From contig CANPXJ010000003.1 of the NCBI GenBank assembly GCA_947585915.1, forward strand, positions 1-38,856: a DNA stretch of 38,856 nt, written 5' to 3'. Positions within the stretch are counted from its first letter, which is position 1. Each line of letters starts with the position of its first letter. Below, one piece after another: positions 35,566 through 38,856 of the stretch. Source of the DNA: an uncultured Bacilli bacterium. GTDB taxonomy: Bacteria; Bacillota_I; Bacilli_A; RF39; UBA660. The position numbers were made by a program, and so were the translations under genes. Below the pieces are notes generated by a model. That model was not told where the DNA came from and made no database searches. It worked only from the letters and a program-made list of their open reading frames with translations.

Positions 35566-38500
35566 ATGACAAATAAACTCTTTAATCAAGCGCGCAATTG
35601 TTTTTATAACTATCACATAAATCAGGCAAAAGCTTGTCGTGATAAATCTTTATTAGTGGGGAAAAGTCCATTAGATGATGGTTATGTTTATAAATTTTTA
35701 TTTCCTTTAAGAGGAGTAATAACAGGAATTTTTATTCTTAATAATAATTTAGAGGATTATTCGTGTACTTGTGATGAATTTAAACATCAACGCTCATGCA
35801 TGCATATTCCTTATATTTTGCTTAATAATAGTGATAAATTAGATATTAAAGATGAAAATTATATTAAGAAAAAGAGTAAAAGTATTTTAAATATGTTTGC
35901 TAAAAATGATGCAAGTGGTGTTATTAAAAAAGAACTAAATTTGGAACTTACTTTGGTAATTTATGAAAGTTATTGGGGAAAAGATATAAGACTTAAAATG
36001 AAAATAGGAAAAGATAAGTTGTATAGTGTATCCCAAAAATATAATCAATTTCGTGAATGTTTTTTTAATAACGAAGGAGTAATAGAATTTGGTAAGAATT
36101 TAACTTATGATCCAAAAAAATACTTTTTTTCTAAAGAAAATGAAAAAGTTTTAAACTTTATATTTGAAAATTGTGATAGTTATTATGGTCAAATTAGAAT
36201 TGATAATCGTGATTTAAAAACTTTCTTTAAACTTTTAAAAAATATTAATTTTTATATTGAAAAAATTGGTTTAATGGAAGGAATTAAAGAAGAATTACCT
36301 TTTACAATTGAACTTTTTAAAGAAAAAAATAATTATATTTTAAAAACGGATATAACTGATAATATCACTGAACTTACGGATGACTATGAATATATTTTAT
36401 ATGAGAAAAAAGTGTATAAATTAGATAAAGAATTAGCTAAATTTATTAAAGAAATTATTCAAGAAGATATCAAGGAATTAATGTTTGAAGAAAATGATTT
36501 AAAAGAATTTTCTAAAGGAGTTTTGCCAATTGTTAAAAGTCATTTAACTTTAAGTGATGAGTTAAGTAATTCTAATATGTTTAATAAACCGGATAGTAAA
36601 TTATATTTTGATATAAATAAAGATAATATTATTGCTAAAATAATTTTAATTTATAATAATGAGGAAATAGATTATTTTACTAAAAATACTAACATTATTA
36701 GAGATGTGGATTATGAAGCTAAAATTATTAATGCATTAGTTAAATATGGGTTTAAAGTAGAAAACGAGAAGTTTGTTTTAAATGATTTAGAACAAATGGT
36801 TGAATTTTTAGATACAGGTATAAATGAGTTAGCTAATTTATATAATATTTATACTTCGGAAAAACTTAAAAATACAAAGTTAATGAAAAAATTAATGATA
36901 ACCTCTACTTTTTCAATCGGCCAAGATAATATTTTGCGTTATGATTTTGATTTAAATGGGATTAATGAAAATGAACTATCTAGTGTTTTTGCTTCTTTAA
37001 AAGAGAAGAAAAAATATCATAAATTAAAAAGTGGAGATATTGTATCCCTTGAAGATGATTCTTTACAAGAATTAAGTGAATTAGTTAATGAGTTGGATAT
37101 TGACTATAAAGAATCAAGTGGGCAAATCCCTAAATATCGAGCAATCTATTTAGATAGTTTGAAGAAAAATAAATATAAAATAATTAAAACTGATAATCTA
37201 TTTGATAATTTTATTAATAATTTTAAAGAAAATAAAAACGCCATAGTTAATTTTAGTAAAAAAGATAAAGAAATTTTAAGACCTTATCAAATAACGGGAG
37301 TAGAATGGCTTTATAATATTTATAAATGTGATTTAGGCGGCATTTTAGCTGATGAAATGGGACTAGGAAAATCAATTCAAACGATATATTTTTTCAAAAA
37401 AATATTATTAGAAGATCAAGAAGCTAAGTTTTTAATAGTTTGTCCGACAGCTTTAGTTTATAACTGGTTAAATGAGTTTAAAAAGTTTGGAGAAGATATA
37501 TCTGTTGAGGTTTTAGTTGGTGAAAAGGAAAAAAGAAAAAATAAAATATCGGAAAGTAAAGCAACTGTGTTTATAACTTCATATGGAACTTTAAGAGAAG
37601 ATAGCTCTTTATATGAAGATAAAGAATTTAAAGTTTGTGTCATCGACGAGGCGCAGAATATTAAAAATCCTCTAGCTAAGAATACAAGAGTAGTCAAAAA
37701 AATAAAGGCGAGAACGCGTATTGCCTTAACTGGAACACCAATTGAGAATTCGATTGTGGAATTATGGAGTATTTTTGATTTTATAATGCCAGGTTTTTTA
37801 TCTTCTTTATCCAAATTTAATCAAAAGTATAAAGTGAAAGATATGGATGAGGCGGCTGAGACGCTTTTAAGCAATTTGAATTTATTAACATCACCTTTTA
37901 TTTTAAGAAGAAAAAAGCAAGAAGTAGCTACTGATTTACCAGATAAAATTGAAAATAATATTTATATAGATTTGGGAAAAAATCAAAGAAAGCTTTATGC
38001 TGCGGAAATTAAAAGAGTTCAAGAAGAAATGGACAAAATACTAGCCCATGAATCATTTACTAAAGCTAAATTTTTAATTTTACAATTGCTTACGAAATTA
38101 AGACAACTATGCATTGATCCAAGACTAGTTTTTGAAAATTATAAAGGAGAGAGCGCTAAATTAGAAAATCTAATAAAAGTTATAAAAGAATTAATTGATA
38201 ATAAACATAAAATTCTTTTGTTTTCTTCGTTTAAATCAGCCTTTGATTTAATAAGACCTTTATTTGAACAAAATGATATTTCCTATTATACAATAGATGG
38301 TTCAGTTCCTTCTAAAACGCGTCAAGAATTAGTTGATAAGTTTAATAATGATGAGACTAATGTCTTTTTAATAACTTTAAAAAGTGGGGGCACTGGCCTT
38401 AATTTAACGAGTGCTGATGTGGTAATCCATTTAGATTTATGGTGGAATCCCCAAGCTGAGAATCAAGCTACTGATAGAGCTCATAGAATAGGACAAACTA

Positions 38501-38682
38501 AAAAGGTTGAAGTAATTAAATTAATTTCTACGGGAACGATTGAAGAGAAAATTTTAGATTTACAAAAGAAGAAAAAAGTATTAAGCGATAAGCTAATTGA
38601 AAAAGGGGAAAATAGCTCTAATTTATATGAGTTAAATGAAAAAGATATCAAAAATTTACTTGCTTTTGATAATTCCTTATAA
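35566..38682 (+). CDS. SNF2 family helicase/ATPase with N-terminal SWIM zinc finger
   Basis: CTC...CMH SWIM motif; LRPYQ, GGILADEMGLGKS, DEAQ, LTGTPIEN, LRR.K, GGTGLNL, WWNP..E.QATDRAHRIGQ. Confidence 0.95.
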   Translation: MTNKLFNQARNCFYNYHINQAKACRDKSLLVGKSPLDDGYVYKFLFPLRGVITGIFILNNNLEDYSCTCDEFKHQRSCMHIPYILLNNSDKLDIKDENYIKKKSKSILNMFAKNDASGVIKKELNLELTLVIYESYWGKDIRLKMKIGKDKLYSVSQKYNQFRECFFNNEGVIEFGKNLTYDPKKYFFSKENEKVLNFIFENCDSYYGQIRIDNRDLKTFFKLLKNINFYIEKIGLMEGIKEELPFTIELFKEKNNYILKTDITDNITELTDDYEYILYEKKVYKLDKELAKFIKEIIQEDIKELMFEENDLKEFSKGVLPIVKSHLTLSDELSNSNMFNKPDSKLYFDINKDNIIAKIILIYNNEEIDYFTKNTNIIRDVDYEAKIINALVKYGFKVENEKFVLNDLEQMVEFLDTGINELANLYNIYTSEKLKNTKLMKKLMITSTFSIGQDNILRYDFDLNGINENELSSVFASLKEKKKYHKLKSGDIVSLEDDSLQELSELVNELDIDYKESSGQIPKYRAIYLDSLKKNKYKIIKTDNLFDNFINNFKENKNAIVNFSKKDKEILRPYQITGVEWLYNIYKCDLGGILADEMGLGKSIQTIYFFKKILLEDQEAKFLIVCPTALVYNWLNEFKKFGEDISVEVLVGEKEKRKNKISESKATVFITSYGTLREDSSLYEDKEFKVCVIDEAQNIKNPLAKNTRVVKKIKARTRIALTGTPIENSIVELWSIFDFIMPGFLSSLSKFNQKYKVKDMDEAAETLLSNLNLLTSPFILRRKKQEVATDLPDKIENNIYIDLGKNQRKLYAAEIKRVQEEMDKILAHESFTKAKFLILQLLTKLRQLCIDPRLVFENYKGESAKLENLIKVIKELIDNKHKILLFSSFKSAFDLIRPLFEQNDISYYTIDGSVPSKTRQELVDKFNNDETNVFLITLKSGGTGLNLTSADVVIHLDLWWNPQAENQATDRAHRIGQTKKVEVIKLISTGTIEEKILDLQKKKKVLSDKLIEKGENSSNLYELNEKDIKNLLAFDNSL

Positions 38683-38731
38683 ATAAAAGTAAAAAAGCGT
38701 GCATATGTTAGTAAAAAAGGGGTTAAAATGC

Positions 38732-38760
38732 TTGACTTCGACAAAATTAAATGATATATT
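38732..38760 (+). promoter_or_regulatory. sigmaA promoter of tRNA-Val
   Basis: TTGACT-N17-TATATT with an extended TG. Confidence 0.65.
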
Positions 38761-38780
38761 TGATTATGTCCAAGCAAGAT

Positions 38781-38856
38781 GGGCGATTAGCTCAGTTGGT
38801 TAGAGCACCTGCCTTACAAGCAGGGGGTCATAGGTTCGAGTCCTATATCGCCCACC
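38781..38856 (+). tRNA. tRNA-Val(TAC)
   Basis: GGGCGAT/ATCGCCC acceptor stem, D-arm TAGCTCAGTTGG, anticodon arm CCTGC-cTTACaa-GCAGG, GGTTCGAGTCC; ends ACC at the window edge. Confidence 0.97.

Noticed and set aside
8741-38777. Remaining short antisense or alternate-frame ORFs (8741, 12619, 16470, 17807, 18114, 23542, 25004, 26720, 34605, 35127, 37458, 38481)
   Set aside because: All lie within or largely overlap well-supported genes and show no independent coding signal.
38781-38856. tRNA-Val as the att site of an integrated island covering this window
   Set aside because: No duplicate of the tRNA 3' end and no integrase in the window; downstream sequence is not visible.

Overview
Very AT-rich bacterial chromosome segment (standard genetic code, Firmicutes-type GGAGG RBSs and sigmaA promoters; gene content and style suggest a reduced-genome Bacilli/Mollicutes-like gut organism, which is inference only). 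In order: a cell-wall glycosylation locus (GtrB-like GT2, YfhO, GT, GtrA) with an Rpn/PD-(D/E)XK gene inside it; an HD phosphohydrolase frameshifted by an exact 28-bp tandem duplication; TetR plus a 1356-aa MMPL/RND protein with about nine internal repeats; LysR divergent from a coaE-coaD-MBL hydrolase-PHP operon; a tandem-domain ThyX; SOD; a collagen-like protein; a GT2 gene interrupted by a 147-bp IS200/IS605-like mini-element; a DnaJ-domain protein; an orphan holin pair; an SGNH hydrolase; a ligase-less LigD; a radical SAM/DUF4130/divergent GroEL operon; GDPD; SDR; a second YfhO-GtrB pair; a SWIM-SNF2 helicase; and tRNA-Val(TAC). The best candidates for undescribed systems are (i) the translationally coupled rSAM-DUF4130-GroEL-like operon, which shares a LexA-like box with the HD and SNF2 promoters, and (ii) the LysR-controlled coaE-coaD-MBL-PHP operon. 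All family calls come from motif recognition by eye; no searches were run.
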